A stretch of DNA of 64,000 nucleotides from Patescibacteria group bacterium (lineage in GTDB: Bacteria > Patescibacteriota > Patescibacteriia > UBA10025 > JAHIVO01), in assembly GCA_018816445.1 (NCBI GenBank), contig JAHIVO010000061.1:305-64304 (forward strand). The letters are read 5' to 3'. The notes beneath the pieces were generated by a model, which ran no database searches, was not told the DNA's origin, and saw only the letters and a program-made list of their open reading frames with translations. Shown one piece after another: positions 35,296-44,844 of the stretch. The translations under genes and the position numbers were made by a program. The first letter of the stretch is position 1. Each line of letters begins with the position of its first letter.

Positions 35296-35547
35296 ATGCC
35301 ATCAGCTAAGAAAAAATCTAAGCCAAAGAAGAAAATTAAAAAAATTAAGCCAGCTATTACAAAAAAAATATTAATGGGTGAGCTAATTGAAAAATATCCT
35401 GGGTCAGCCGAAGTATTAGCTGATTACGGTATTCACTGTATTGGCTGTATGTTTTCACCTTATGAATCGTTAGAAGCAGGCGCAACAGTACATGGCATAC
35501 CTTTGCAGCCATTAATAAAAAAACTTAACGCTGCTATTAAAAAATAA
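35296..35547 (+). CDS. DUF1858 (hybrid-cluster-protein-associated redox disulfide) domain protein
   Basis: ILMGELIEKYPGSAEVLADYGIHCIGCMFSPYESLE pattern with a CxxC. Confidence 0.6.
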   Translation: MPSAKKKSKPKKKIKKIKPAITKKILMGELIEKYPGSAEVLADYGIHCIGCMFSPYESLEAGATVHGIPLQPLIKKLNAAIKK

Positions 35548-35649
35548 GCATTATTTTATTAAAACATTAACCGAATAGTAGGATAGTGTTTTTATTACTA
35601 TTGATTTTTTCAGTAAAATATAGTATAATAGAATATATAATGACTTAAA

Positions 35650-36582
35650 TTGCTTTATATGTCTTTAAAGACGGTAGCCATTTTTAAGTTACGGTGGATT
35701 CATATCAGCCCTATCTCTGATGAGGATATTGGCTACTTGGAGCAGAATTTTCGTTTCCACAACTTGGATCTAAAAGACTGCCGCGAAGGGGTTCAGCGGC
35801 CTAAGCTTGATATTTATAAACATTATTTATTCATGATTTTTCACTTTCCCATGTTCAACAAGCAGACCAGGCGGGTGGGCATACAGTCCTTGAATGTATT
35901 TTTGGGGGAAGATTATTTGATTACCGCCACCAATGACAGGGATCATTTTTTAGAAAGATACTTCAACCGCTTTCGCAAGAGCGGCAAGCGCAGTTTGCAC
36001 TATGATCCGTTTAAAAATAACGCCAGTTACCTGCTTTATAAAATAATTGACATCATGTACCATCGCACTTTGCCTGTTATTAATGAGATTGGAGTTTACT
36101 TAAGTGAGGTTGAGGAAGAGGTTTATTCTCATAAAAACAAGGATGCAACCACCAACTTGTCAATTATACGCCGCAATATCCTGAATTTGAGGAGGATTCT
36201 GGAACCCCAGCTGAAAATGGTAGATCGCTTGGTACACATGAAGGCCAGCTTTTTTTCAGAAAAATTGTCAGTTTATTATGATGATGTACATGATTACCTG
36301 GAAAACATGTGGGCTGCCCTGGGCAATTATAAGGATACTCTTGATGGTTTATTCAATACTAACGAGTCATTCATTAACCAAAGAACCAATGAGGTTATCA
36401 AGACATTGACCGTTATTTCAGTGGCCTTGCTGCCGATGACTTTAGTGGCCAGTATTTATGGCATGAATGTCACAAATTTACCGCTAGCTGATCACCCTAT
36501 CGGCATTTGGGTGATCCTTTTTATTTTAGCCAGCATTGTTTTGGCTAGCATATATTTTGCCAAACGAAAAAAAATTATTTAG
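35650..36582 (+). CDS. corA: CorA magnesium/cobalt transporter
   Basis: YGMNV (GMN) motif before the last TM pair. Confidence 0.8.
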   Translation: MLYMSLKTVAIFKLRWIHISPISDEDIGYLEQNFRFHNLDLKDCREGVQRPKLDIYKHYLFMIFHFPMFNKQTRRVGIQSLNVFLGEDYLITATNDRDHFLERYFNRFRKSGKRSLHYDPFKNNASYLLYKIIDIMYHRTLPVINEIGVYLSEVEEEVYSHKNKDATTNLSIIRRNILNLRRILEPQLKMVDRLVHMKASFFSEKLSVYYDDVHDYLENMWAALGNYKDTLDGLFNTNESFINQRTNEVIKTLTVISVALLPMTLVASIYGMNVTNLPLADHPIGIWVILFILASIVLASIYFAKRKKII

Positions 36583-36591
36583 GGTCATAGT

Positions 36592-36669
36592 TAATGGTTG
36601 ATAGTTTATCTCCCTACGGGAGATCACCCGAAGGGTGATTGTATATGGTTAATGGTTGATAGTTGATGG
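36592..36669. repeat. Tandem TAATGGTTGATAGTT motif (x2) flanking two small hairpins; related to the 2366-2383 half-palindrome
   Basis: ATGGTTGATAGTTGATGG here versus ATGGTTGACAGTTGACAG at 2366-2383. Confidence 0.4.
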
Positions 36670-36722
36670 TCATGTATTAATAAACTCGATTTCAGTTAAA
36701 AATTAAAAAAATAATATAAAAC

Positions 36723-38252
36723 ATGCCTTTTTTTCTCAGGGCCAGGAAACTAGATTTTTCCTCAGGCGGACAGCCATGGGTCGTAGTCCTGCAGGAAAAG
36801 GAAGCGCGCACTCTCGGCATAGTCATGGGCGACCTGATTGAGATACGCTGGGGACGCCAGCGGGCTATTGTTATTGCTTATTATACCCGTAAAAAGGTTA
36901 CCTCAGGTGAAGTCGGCTTGTTCAGGGAAATCTGGAAATACCGGCACGTTAAGAACGGGGAGGTTGTGTCTGTGAAAGTGCTGTCCCGGCCGCCTTCCAT
37001 TGAAGCTATCACAAAAAAACTATTGGGCGAGGAATTGTCATATAATGAGATGCGGTCAATAATCAGCGATATTGTCCATCATAAGCTGAGCAAAGTTGAA
37101 ATCACATATTTTGTGGCCTCCAGTTTTTCCAAAGAGTTTACAGACCAGGAACTGTATTACATGACCAAAGCTATGGCAGAAACCGGCGAGATGCTTCATT
37201 TACCCAGTAAGGTAGTGGCGGATAAGCATTCTGTCGGCGGCGTGGCCGGTAACAGAACAACCATGGTGGTTATCCCGATAGTTGCTTCATACGGCGTGGT
37301 AATTCCTAAAACCTCTTCTCGGGCTATCACCTCACCGGCTGGTACAGCTGATACCATGGAAGTATTAGCTCCTGTTTCATTGCGGTTCAGCAAAGTTAAG
37401 GAGATTATCAAGAAAATTAATTGTTGTATGATCTGGGGCGGAAGCGTGAGGATGGCCCCGGCTGATGATTATATTATTCGCGTCCAGCGTTCATTAGCGC
37501 TGGAGCCGCTGGATAAAATGGTAGTCAGCATTATGGCTAAGAAAGTGGCCATGGGCGTTACCCACCTGGTGGTTGATATGCCTTATGGCACGAATATAAA
37601 AATTAAAAGCCTTCAGGACGCCTTAGAGGTAAAAAGGAAGTTTGAATATTTGGCCAAGCGTTTTGGCATAAAAATTGAGGTAGTCATGGCTGATACCAAG
37701 GAGCCGGTAGGCCGCGGCATAGGGCCATCTTTGGAAGCGCGGGACGTACTTCGTGTTTTACAGCGTAAGGATTACCGGCCTTCAGATTTAGAGAAAAAAA
37801 GCATTAAATTAGCCGGCCGCTTGCTGGAGTTGTGCGGCCGGGCGCGCAAAGGCAAAGGCCATATGATGGCTTCCGAGGCCCTGACTTCAGGCCAGGCCTG
37901 GAAAAAAATGCAGCAGATTATTAAAGCACAAGGCGGCAACTCCACCGTAGACTCAGAAGACTTGACCATGGCCGCGGTCAGGCATCGTTTTCATGCGCCT
38001 TACAGCGGTAAGGTGGTGGTAGTAAATGATAAGATGGTTGACCAGGTAGCCCGTATTTTGGGTGCGCCGCATGAGAAATTAGCCGGTATTTACATTAACA
38101 AGAGATACGGCCAAAAAGTACGGAAAGGTGAGAGGCTGTATACTTTGTATGCAAAAAATAATGACAGGATTAAACTTGCCCTGGAAGCCTTAAAGCTGAA
38201 AAAAATATTTGAAATCAAGAGGATGAATATCCGCGAAAGCAAAAAGGGGTAA
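36723..38252 (+). CDS. AMP phosphorylase (archaeal-type DeoA, thymidine-phosphorylase family)
   Basis: KHSVGGVAGNRTTMVVIPIVAS, KTSSRAITSPAGTADTMEV and the N-terminal AMPpase-specific domain are collinear with T. kodakarensis AMPpase. Confidence 0.85.
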   Translation: MPFFLRARKLDFSSGGQPWVVVLQEKEARTLGIVMGDLIEIRWGRQRAIVIAYYTRKKVTSGEVGLFREIWKYRHVKNGEVVSVKVLSRPPSIEAITKKLLGEELSYNEMRSIISDIVHHKLSKVEITYFVASSFSKEFTDQELYYMTKAMAETGEMLHLPSKVVADKHSVGGVAGNRTTMVVIPIVASYGVVIPKTSSRAITSPAGTADTMEVLAPVSLRFSKVKEIIKKINCCMIWGGSVRMAPADDYIIRVQRSLALEPLDKMVVSIMAKKVAMGVTHLVVDMPYGTNIKIKSLQDALEVKRKFEYLAKRFGIKIEVVMADTKEPVGRGIGPSLEARDVLRVLQRKDYRPSDLEKKSIKLAGRLLELCGRARKGKGHMMASEALTSGQAWKKMQQIIKAQGGNSTVDSEDLTMAAVRHRFHAPYSGKVVVVNDKMVDQVARILGAPHEKLAGIYINKRYGQKVRKGERLYTLYAKNNDRIKLALEALKLKKIFEIKRMNIRESKKG

Positions 38253-38369
38253 TTAATAAAAAAATCAGCCAGTTTAATAATGGCTAGTTTTGTGTTGGCT
38301 TTGAGTGGCGCTGGGTTAGTCTGGGAGATTATCCAGGGCTGAAGCAAGCTCTGAGGTACATAGGCATTT

Positions 38370-38567
38370 TTAATCAGCTTCCCCGGCGAATCTAACGATG
38401 TAGAATGGGCCTTGTTCAGAAGAACTGGGATTACTGGCAAGAGTTGCCCTATTTGAAATAGCGAACGTCATAACCTCAGTAAATGACGGTTTTTCGCCGT
38501 CTCCCAGTTGCACGCAATTTATGGCGCCGATTTCAGTATGATTACCCTTGGCTGGTATAGCCAGCAT
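38370..38567 (-). CDS. Hypothetical 65-aa protein
   Basis: AAGGAGG RBS 5 nt before the ATG. GC-rich. Confidence 0.35.
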   Translation of the reverse strand: MLAIPAKGNHTEIGAINCVQLGDGEKPSFTEVMTFAISNRATLASNPSSSEQGPFYIVRFAGEAD

Positions 38568-38689
38568 ATCTGCCTCCTTGAATATGGTAATAATTTACGA
38601 TTTTTATTATTAGGGAAGTATAGGTAAATATAAGGGATGTGTCAAGACTAGTAATTGATTTTCATTAGTAATATGTGTAAAATTTAAAT

Positions 38690-39448
38690 ATGAAGGTAGT
38701 TAAAAAAACCATAAATATATTGCTAGTACTTAGTATTATTGTATTTGCAGCTACCTTTTTTTTGCGCCATAGCTTGCCGGCTGTAGAAGCGATAATGCCC
38801 GAGGTTTATATTGCGCCGCAACAGGAGCAGGTTCAAGAAAACGTTGTGTCTATTGAAAAGGACGGTTTTGTGGCAGTGGTTACAAAAAAGTATAAGTATA
38901 ATTTAAGCGGCCTGGTGGTTTCCCAGCATAATTCTAATGTTTGGTATGATTATTATCACAAGTCAGATCCATTCAACACTAAAGATTTATGCGTTACCTG
39001 GGGGGATAATATTACGAATGGCAGCTACCTGAATGGTAAATACAAAAGCGGGGACTTTACATGTTATTGGGATTTTAAAACCTGGGAGGATTATGAAGAG
39101 CTTGACGATTACCAGATTGCCAACAACCATTTAATTCCGGCTAATGACGAGATTGAAAAGAAAATTAAGAGCGTTAAAATTGGCGACCAAATTTCCTTTT
39201 CCGGTTATTTAAGCAATTATTCCACCACTACGGCTGATGGGCAGACATTAGGTACACGCGGCACCAGTATTACCAGGGAGGATACGGGTGATAATTCCTG
39301 CGAGGTGGTTTATGTTACGGATTTTAATGTTTTAAAAAAAAATACTAACATTTTCGTTTTAGCTTACCAGTATTCAATATATTTGGTGGCAGGTTTTTTA
39401 ATTTTCAGGATAGCGCTGTTTTTCACCGGGGGAGTGAGATGGAACTAA
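38690..39448 (+). CDS. Hypothetical secreted/membrane-anchored protein
   Basis: N-terminal signal anchor and C-terminal TM helix. Confidence 0.4.
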   Translation: MKVVKKTINILLVLSIIVFAATFFLRHSLPAVEAIMPEVYIAPQQEQVQENVVSIEKDGFVAVVTKKYKYNLSGLVVSQHNSNVWYDYYHKSDPFNTKDLCVTWGDNITNGSYLNGKYKSGDFTCYWDFKTWEDYEELDDYQIANNHLIPANDEIEKKIKSVKIGDQISFSGYLSNYSTTTADGQTLGTRGTSITREDTGDNSCEVVYVTDFNVLKKNTNIFVLAYQYSIYLVAGFLIFRIALFFTGGVRWN

Positions 39449-39575
39449 AAAAAGACCGAGAGAGTATTTTGTCCGTCTTTTTGAATACCATCGGTTAGAA
39501 TGCGTATTCTTGGATTTTCCCCTGGTTCGAGAATCAGAGGCGCGGTTTTGGTTTTCCTCTCTCGGTTAATTTGTG

Positions 39576-39782
39576 CTAGTCAGAGGAGTTGACACTACAA
39601 GGTTTATCATCGGGTACGATTCCGATGACTGTCTCACCTTCTTGACATCGTTTTGCAGCGTTTTGCATGCGCTCATCTTCAGTCTGGCCGGTTATCCCAT
39701 GGATTTCCCGTGTGCCACTGGTTTTACATCGGATTGTAGCAATAAATTTACCTACTCCGCCGCCACCATCTTCAATACCCAT
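39576..39782 (-). CDS. Hypothetical 68-aa protein (MGIEDGGGGVGKFIATIRCKTSGT...)
   Basis: AAGGAGGAAAAA RBS directly upstream of the internal Met. The track ORF extends to 39824. Three Cys. Confidence 0.35.
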   Translation of the reverse strand: MGIEDGGGGVGKFIATIRCKTSGTREIHGITGQTEDERMQNAAKRCQEGETVIGIVPDDKPCSVNSSD

Positions 39783-39965
39783 TTTTTCCTCCTTTTGGTG
39801 CTTTTCTATTTTTAAATTTATCATAGATAATTTATTTTTACAACTTGGTTTTAAAAAAGTACCATTAGTATTATATTATTAGGTAGTAATCCGTTTTTCA
39901 ATTGACAAATAATTAGCATAGTAGTAAAATTCTTATTAAGAATCATTCCTAATAAGGATTTTAAT

Positions 39966-40517
39966 ATGGCTACAAAAATAGCTAAAATAAGCGAAAAACG
40001 TGATTATAGGCTGACAAAACAGCGATTGATTATCTTGGAACAGGTCCGTAAGAATTATGCGCATCCTACGGCTGATGTAATTTTTAATCAGGTTAAAAAA
40101 AGAATTTCTAGTATTAGCCTAGGAACGGTTTACCGCAATTTACGGTGGTTGGCCGAACACGGATTATTAAAGGAATTTATGATTGGTAAAGTGTCGCATT
40201 TTGAAGCGCGGGTGGACTCACACGTGCATTTTGTGTGTGAACAATGCCATGGCATTGAAGATTTAGAAGGCTATAAAGACAAAGGTTTAATCAAGCAGCT
40301 ACAGAGTTTAGCCAAGAAAAATAAGTTTATGATTCGATCAGAAAACTACGAGGTCAGAGGAATATGCAAAAAGTGCCGTAAGACCGCGTCGCCGAAAAAA
40401 CTGGTACCTGAATTATTTTGCATTGCTTGCGGGTCATTAAATGATGATCTTAAACAGGAGACACCGGTATGTCAGGCATGTTCGTTTAAGGTTAATTGTA
40501 ATTATATTAAGAAATGA
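39966..40517 (+). CDS. Fur-family regulator with Cys-rich C-terminal extension, upstream of the suf operon
   Basis: Fur-like DNA-binding domain (LGTVYRNLRWLAEHGLL), HVHFVCEQCHG, plus additional CxxC pairs. Confidence 0.6.
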   Translation: MATKIAKISEKRDYRLTKQRLIILEQVRKNYAHPTADVIFNQVKKRISSISLGTVYRNLRWLAEHGLLKEFMIGKVSHFEARVDSHVHFVCEQCHGIEDLEGYKDKGLIKQLQSLAKKNKFMIRSENYEVRGICKKCRKTASPKKLVPELFCIACGSLNDDLKQETPVCQACSFKVNCNYIKK

Positions 40518-40560
40518 CCAATAATCAATTTCCAATTATTCAATAACCAATATTTTAAAT

Positions 40561-41295
40561 ATGTCACAATTACAGATAAAAGACCTTCACGTATCAATTG
40601 AAGGAAAGAAAATATTAAAAGGCATTAACTTGAATATAAAGCCCGGGGAGATTCATACGCTTATGGGCCCCAACGGTTCTGGCAAGTCCACCTTAGCTTC
40701 TACGCTGATGGGGCATCCGAATTTCAGGATCACCAAGGGAACGATTTTACTGAACAAAAAAATGATAAATACCAAATCTCCGGATGACAGGGCGCAGTTA
40801 GGTTTGTTTTTATCATTTCAGTATCCAGTAGAAATTGCCGGGCTGTCATTTGAACATTTTTTACGCCAAGCCTATAACACGTTAAATTCTGATGCAATTT
40901 CTCCAATTGATTTTAGAAAACTTGTTGAACAGAAGATGAAATTACTGCGAATAAAAAAAGAATTCATGGAGAGATACTTAAATGAAGGATATTCCGGCGG
41001 AGAAAAGAAAAAGTCAGAAATTTTACAAATGGCTGTATTGCAACCCAAGGTGGCAATTCTTGACGAAACGGATTCCGGGCTTGACGTTGACGCACTAAAA
41101 GACGTGGCTCAGGGAATCAATAAAGTAAAAACGCCAGAGATGAGCATTTTACTGATTACGCATTATTATAGGATCCTAAAATATATAAAGCCAGATAAAG
41201 TACATATCATGGTGGATGGCCGGATTGTAAAATCAGGGGGTAGGGATTTGGCAACTCGGGTTGAGAACAATGGATATAATGGATTAACCGGTTAA
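40561..41295 (+). CDS. sufC: SufC Fe-S cluster assembly ATPase
   Basis: Walker A GPNGSGKST, ABC signature and D-loop. Confidence 0.85.
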   Translation: MSQLQIKDLHVSIEGKKILKGINLNIKPGEIHTLMGPNGSGKSTLASTLMGHPNFRITKGTILLNKKMINTKSPDDRAQLGLFLSFQYPVEIAGLSFEHFLRQAYNTLNSDAISPIDFRKLVEQKMKLLRIKKEFMERYLNEGYSGGEKKKSEILQMAVLQPKVAILDETDSGLDVDALKDVAQGINKVKTPEMSILLITHYYRILKYIKPDKVHIMVDGRIVKSGGRDLATRVENNGYNGLTG

Positions 41296-41301
41296 ACTCT
41301 A

Positions 41302-42699
41302 ATGCCCAGTCATCCAATTATAAATAAGTCTTTTACCAAGCAACGACCGGATAAGGTCAGTTATTTGTATAGGACAAAAAAAGGCTTAAATGAGCGTATT
41401 GTTAAGGAAATATCGCATATAAAGAATGAGCCAGACTGGATGCGTAATGTCCGTTTAAGGGCCTATCAGACTTTTAAAAAAAAGCCCATACTGAGCTGGG
41501 GGGCTGATTTGTCCGCTTTAGATCTGGACGATATTTATTATTATATGAAACCGACGGACAAGGTTGGACGAAAGTGGTCGGAAGTGCCGCAGAATATTCG
41601 TAAAACCTATGATAGACTAGGTATACCTGCTGCGGAAAAAAAATGGCTGGGCGGAGTCATGGCCCAGTATGAATCAGAAGCCGTGTACCACAGTATAAAA
41701 AATAAAATGTCCAACCTCGGCGTAATTTTTGAAGATATGGACACGGCTTTGAAAAAGTATCCGGATATAATTAAAAAATATTTCAGTACAGTAGTACCAG
41801 CTGGTGATAATAAATTTTCTGCCTTAAATACAGCGGTCTGGTCAGGCGGCAGTTTTCTGTATGTACCCGAGGGTGTGCATGTACAATTTCCTTTGCAATC
41901 GTATTTTAGGATAAATGCAGAAAAAGTTGGTCAGTTTGAGCGTACGCTTATCATTGCCGAGCCGGGTTCGTTTGTGCATTATATAGAAGGCTGCACTGCG
42001 CCGATCTATTCTACCAGCTCGTTGCACGCGGCAGTGGTTGAAATCATAGTCAAACCGGGCGCGCGGGTCAGATATACCACTGTTCAGAACTGGTCAAAAA
42101 ATGTGTTCAACCTGGTGAGCAAGCGGGCCTTTGTCTATGAGGAAGGAATTATGGAATGGGTAGACGGAAATCTGGGCAGCCAGGTGACTATGAAGTACCC
42201 GTCGATTTATTTGCTCGGCCGCAAAGCTAAAGGTGACGTGTTATCAATTGCCATGGCCAATAATGGCCAGCACCAAGACGTTGGTTCCAAGGCCATTCAC
42301 GGGGCGCCAGAAACCTCCTCGTCAATTATTTCAAAATCTGTTTCCAAGGGCTCAGGCCGAACTTCTTATCGTGGCCTTGTTAAAGTACCAAAATGCATGA
42401 AAGGCTGTAAGTCAAGCGTTGTTTGCGATGCCTTGCTGTTGAGTAGAAATTCCAGGTCAGATACTTATCCAACTATGGACATAGAAGAAGCTGATACGCA
42501 AATTAGCCATGAGGCCTCGGTTGGCAGGGTGGGCGAGGAGCAATTGTTTTATTTAATGAGCCGGGGGTTGTCTGAGCAAGAAGCCGTGTCCATGATTGTG
42601 TCGGGATTTATAGAACCAATTGCCAAAGAACTGCCCATGGAGTTTGCCGTAGAATTAAACCGTTTAATTGAATTAGAAATGGAAGGAAGCGTGGGTTAA
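41302..42699 (+). CDS. sufB: SufB
   Basis: 465 aa with SufB-family C-terminal motifs (RGLSEQEAVSMIVSGF). Confidence 0.85.
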   Translation: MPSHPIINKSFTKQRPDKVSYLYRTKKGLNERIVKEISHIKNEPDWMRNVRLRAYQTFKKKPILSWGADLSALDLDDIYYYMKPTDKVGRKWSEVPQNIRKTYDRLGIPAAEKKWLGGVMAQYESEAVYHSIKNKMSNLGVIFEDMDTALKKYPDIIKKYFSTVVPAGDNKFSALNTAVWSGGSFLYVPEGVHVQFPLQSYFRINAEKVGQFERTLIIAEPGSFVHYIEGCTAPIYSTSSLHAAVVEIIVKPGARVRYTTVQNWSKNVFNLVSKRAFVYEEGIMEWVDGNLGSQVTMKYPSIYLLGRKAKGDVLSIAMANNGQHQDVGSKAIHGAPETSSSIISKSVSKGSGRTSYRGLVKVPKCMKGCKSSVVCDALLLSRNSRSDTYPTMDIEEADTQISHEASVGRVGEEQLFYLMSRGLSEQEAVSMIVSGFIEPIAKELPMEFAVELNRLIELEMEGSVG

Positions 42700-42703
42700 A
42701 TAT

Positions 42704-43363
42704 ATGAAACCGATATTATTAAATAAAAACCAAGTATTAGAAATAGGCCAAAAAAAGGCTGAATTTGTGATAAATTCGGGCATAAAAGCAGTTTTAATTA
42801 TTAAAAAAAGTGGTAAATTTACAGTTAATATTAAAAAGGATGGCAATGTACAAGTGCTGTATTTTATTCGGCATCAGTCCGCGCTTGATAGTAAAGTAAT
42901 AATTAATCTTGAAGGTACAGGAGCCGAAGCCAGGGTATCCGGCGCTTTGCATGGTCATAGGAATGACAGACATCAGGTTAAAATTAATCTAAATCATAAT
43001 GTTAAACAAACTAAGGGATATATTCTTGTTAAAGGAGTGTATGAAGGCAAGTCACGCGGTAATATTAATGGATTAATAAAAATTGATAAAAAAGCGCAAC
43101 AGGTTGATTCATTATTTACTAATAATGTATTATTATTAGATCAAGCTATGGCTATTTCAAAGCCTCAGCTGGAAATTGAAGCCAATGATGTCAGAGCTTC
43201 CCATGGTTCCACGACCAGCCGCGTTGACCAAGAGCAATTGTTTTACCTTACCTCGCGGGGGATTAAAAAAAAGGTGGCAGAAAAAATGATCATTAGCGGA
43301 TTTTTGAATGAAGCCATAAGGCGTTTTCCCAGGAAAGTTTTACCATTAATTGTTAAAAAATGA
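42704..43363 (+). CDS. sufD: SufD-like (short form)
   Basis: The C-terminal QEQLFYLTSRGI...ISGFL is shared with SufB/D. Only 219 aa. Confidence 0.6.
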   Translation: MKPILLNKNQVLEIGQKKAEFVINSGIKAVLIIKKSGKFTVNIKKDGNVQVLYFIRHQSALDSKVIINLEGTGAEARVSGALHGHRNDRHQVKINLNHNVKQTKGYILVKGVYEGKSRGNINGLIKIDKKAQQVDSLFTNNVLLLDQAMAISKPQLEIEANDVRASHGSTTSRVDQEQLFYLTSRGIKKKVAEKMIISGFLNEAIRRFPRKVLPLIVKK

Positions 43364-43513
43364 CTAATCTAATATAGACAATATTAATTATATCTTTCGG
43401 CGGAGATAAATCTCCACCTACGCGGTTGAATGTAATCCCATTCGCTACGCGTAACTGGGGATTCATCCCTAGTTAATAATTAAATAAATTTTTCTATTAA
43501 TTATAGAAAAACA

Positions 43514-44017
43514 ATGCAAATAAATCGTTATAAACAAAAAAATAAATTATCCTGCGGGCCAGTGGTTTTAAAGATGACTCTATCTTATTGCAGCAAAAGT
43601 GTATCCGAAAGGGATATTATTAACGGGGTGGGTGGCTTAAAGAAATTCGGCGTAAGAACTGTAAAATTGGCGGAGTTTGCCAGGAAATTAGGATTTAAAG
43701 TTGCGTATTATTCATTTAATAGGCAATTAGCTGATAATAGAGCGGTTATAAAGAAGCCATCCATTAAAGATGTTAAAAAGTTTTTAAAGAGAAAGATTCC
43801 GGTAATTTTATCAGTAAATTCTAGGATCTTATATAACAATTTAAAGCAGAAAATCACCGGTCATTTTATCGTCATCACAAAGTATAAGAATGGAATTTTT
43901 TGGTATAATGATCCTAAGGATGGAAGACGACATTCAATTAAAGAAGACGATTTAATTTTTGCATGGCATAATAATATTTTGGATTCAAGCGGTTATTTAT
44001 TAATAATAGAAAAATGA
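43514..44017 (+). CDS. Papain-like peptidase C39-like domain protein
   Basis: Catalytic Cys context KLSCGPVVL and His context GHFIVITKY. Confidence 0.45.
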   Translation: MQINRYKQKNKLSCGPVVLKMTLSYCSKSVSERDIINGVGGLKKFGVRTVKLAEFARKLGFKVAYYSFNRQLADNRAVIKKPSIKDVKKFLKRKIPVILSVNSRILYNNLKQKITGHFIVITKYKNGIFWYNDPKDGRRHSIKEDDLIFAWHNNILDSSGYLLIIEK

Positions 44018-44844
44018 AAACAATTTTAGTGACAAGATCGTGGGATGATATAAAGATTAAAGAATTTACCAAGAGAATGATTGGCGCGGTTGATCATATA
44101 ATCGTATGTATCAACGTAAAAAAGGAGAATAAAGTTGATACAAGAGCGTTATTGCAGGAAATGAAGAATATGACAACTATTCCTATTGAACAGTGGGGAG
44201 CTTCTAATCCATTGAATATTGGCTTTACAGAGGCAATAAAAAGAAAGGCAGATTTTATTTTAGCAATATCGCCCGAAGTTAATCAGTTAAAGAAAGAGCA
44301 CATTGATGAAATGGAAAAGGAATTAAATAAAGATACAGAAAATAATTTAGTGATTGGTTATTCACTTAAAAGTGAATGGCCAAAAAAGAGGAAATGGCCT
44401 AAGGATTGTCGAAACAAAGACTTTTTTAAAAAAGATTTTATTAAAGGACATAGTTCAAATTCAAGTGAATTTGCCTATCGGATACCATGGAATACATGCG
44501 CCTTATGGAACGCTAAATTATTTAGAAAATATGTAATTACATTTAACACCATATGTGACGTGAATGAATTTGATGAAATACCAGTAAAGATTGGTAAATG
44601 TTATTATTGTACGCCTGTAGAAGGTATGGAGGACGGTTTAGCGATTATGCAGGCTTACGAAAGAAATTGCAAATTAAAGTGTTTTTTAATCAAAAGGCCA
44701 CAGGTTTGGGATAAGATGGAATTTGATGAGCATAAATTATTGGGTGATCAAAAAAAATTAAGCAGAAAACAAAAAGTATTAGAAGTTTATCGGAAAAAAT
44801 TTGATTTGGAGTTTCCTCCTGCCAGTAATGTGCTAATTATATGA
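44014..44844 (+). CDS. Hypothetical protein
   Basis: 276 aa, inserted in the suf cluster. No recognisable family. Confidence 0.35.
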   Translation: MKTILVTRSWDDIKIKEFTKRMIGAVDHIIVCINVKKENKVDTRALLQEMKNMTTIPIEQWGASNPLNIGFTEAIKRKADFILAISPEVNQLKKEHIDEMEKELNKDTENNLVIGYSLKSEWPKKRKWPKDCRNKDFFKKDFIKGHSSNSSEFAYRIPWNTCALWNAKLFRKYVITFNTICDVNEFDEIPVKIGKCYYCTPVEGMEDGLAIMQAYERNCKLKCFLIKRPQVWDKMEFDEHKLLGDQKKLSRKQKVLEVYRKKFDLEFPPASNVLII

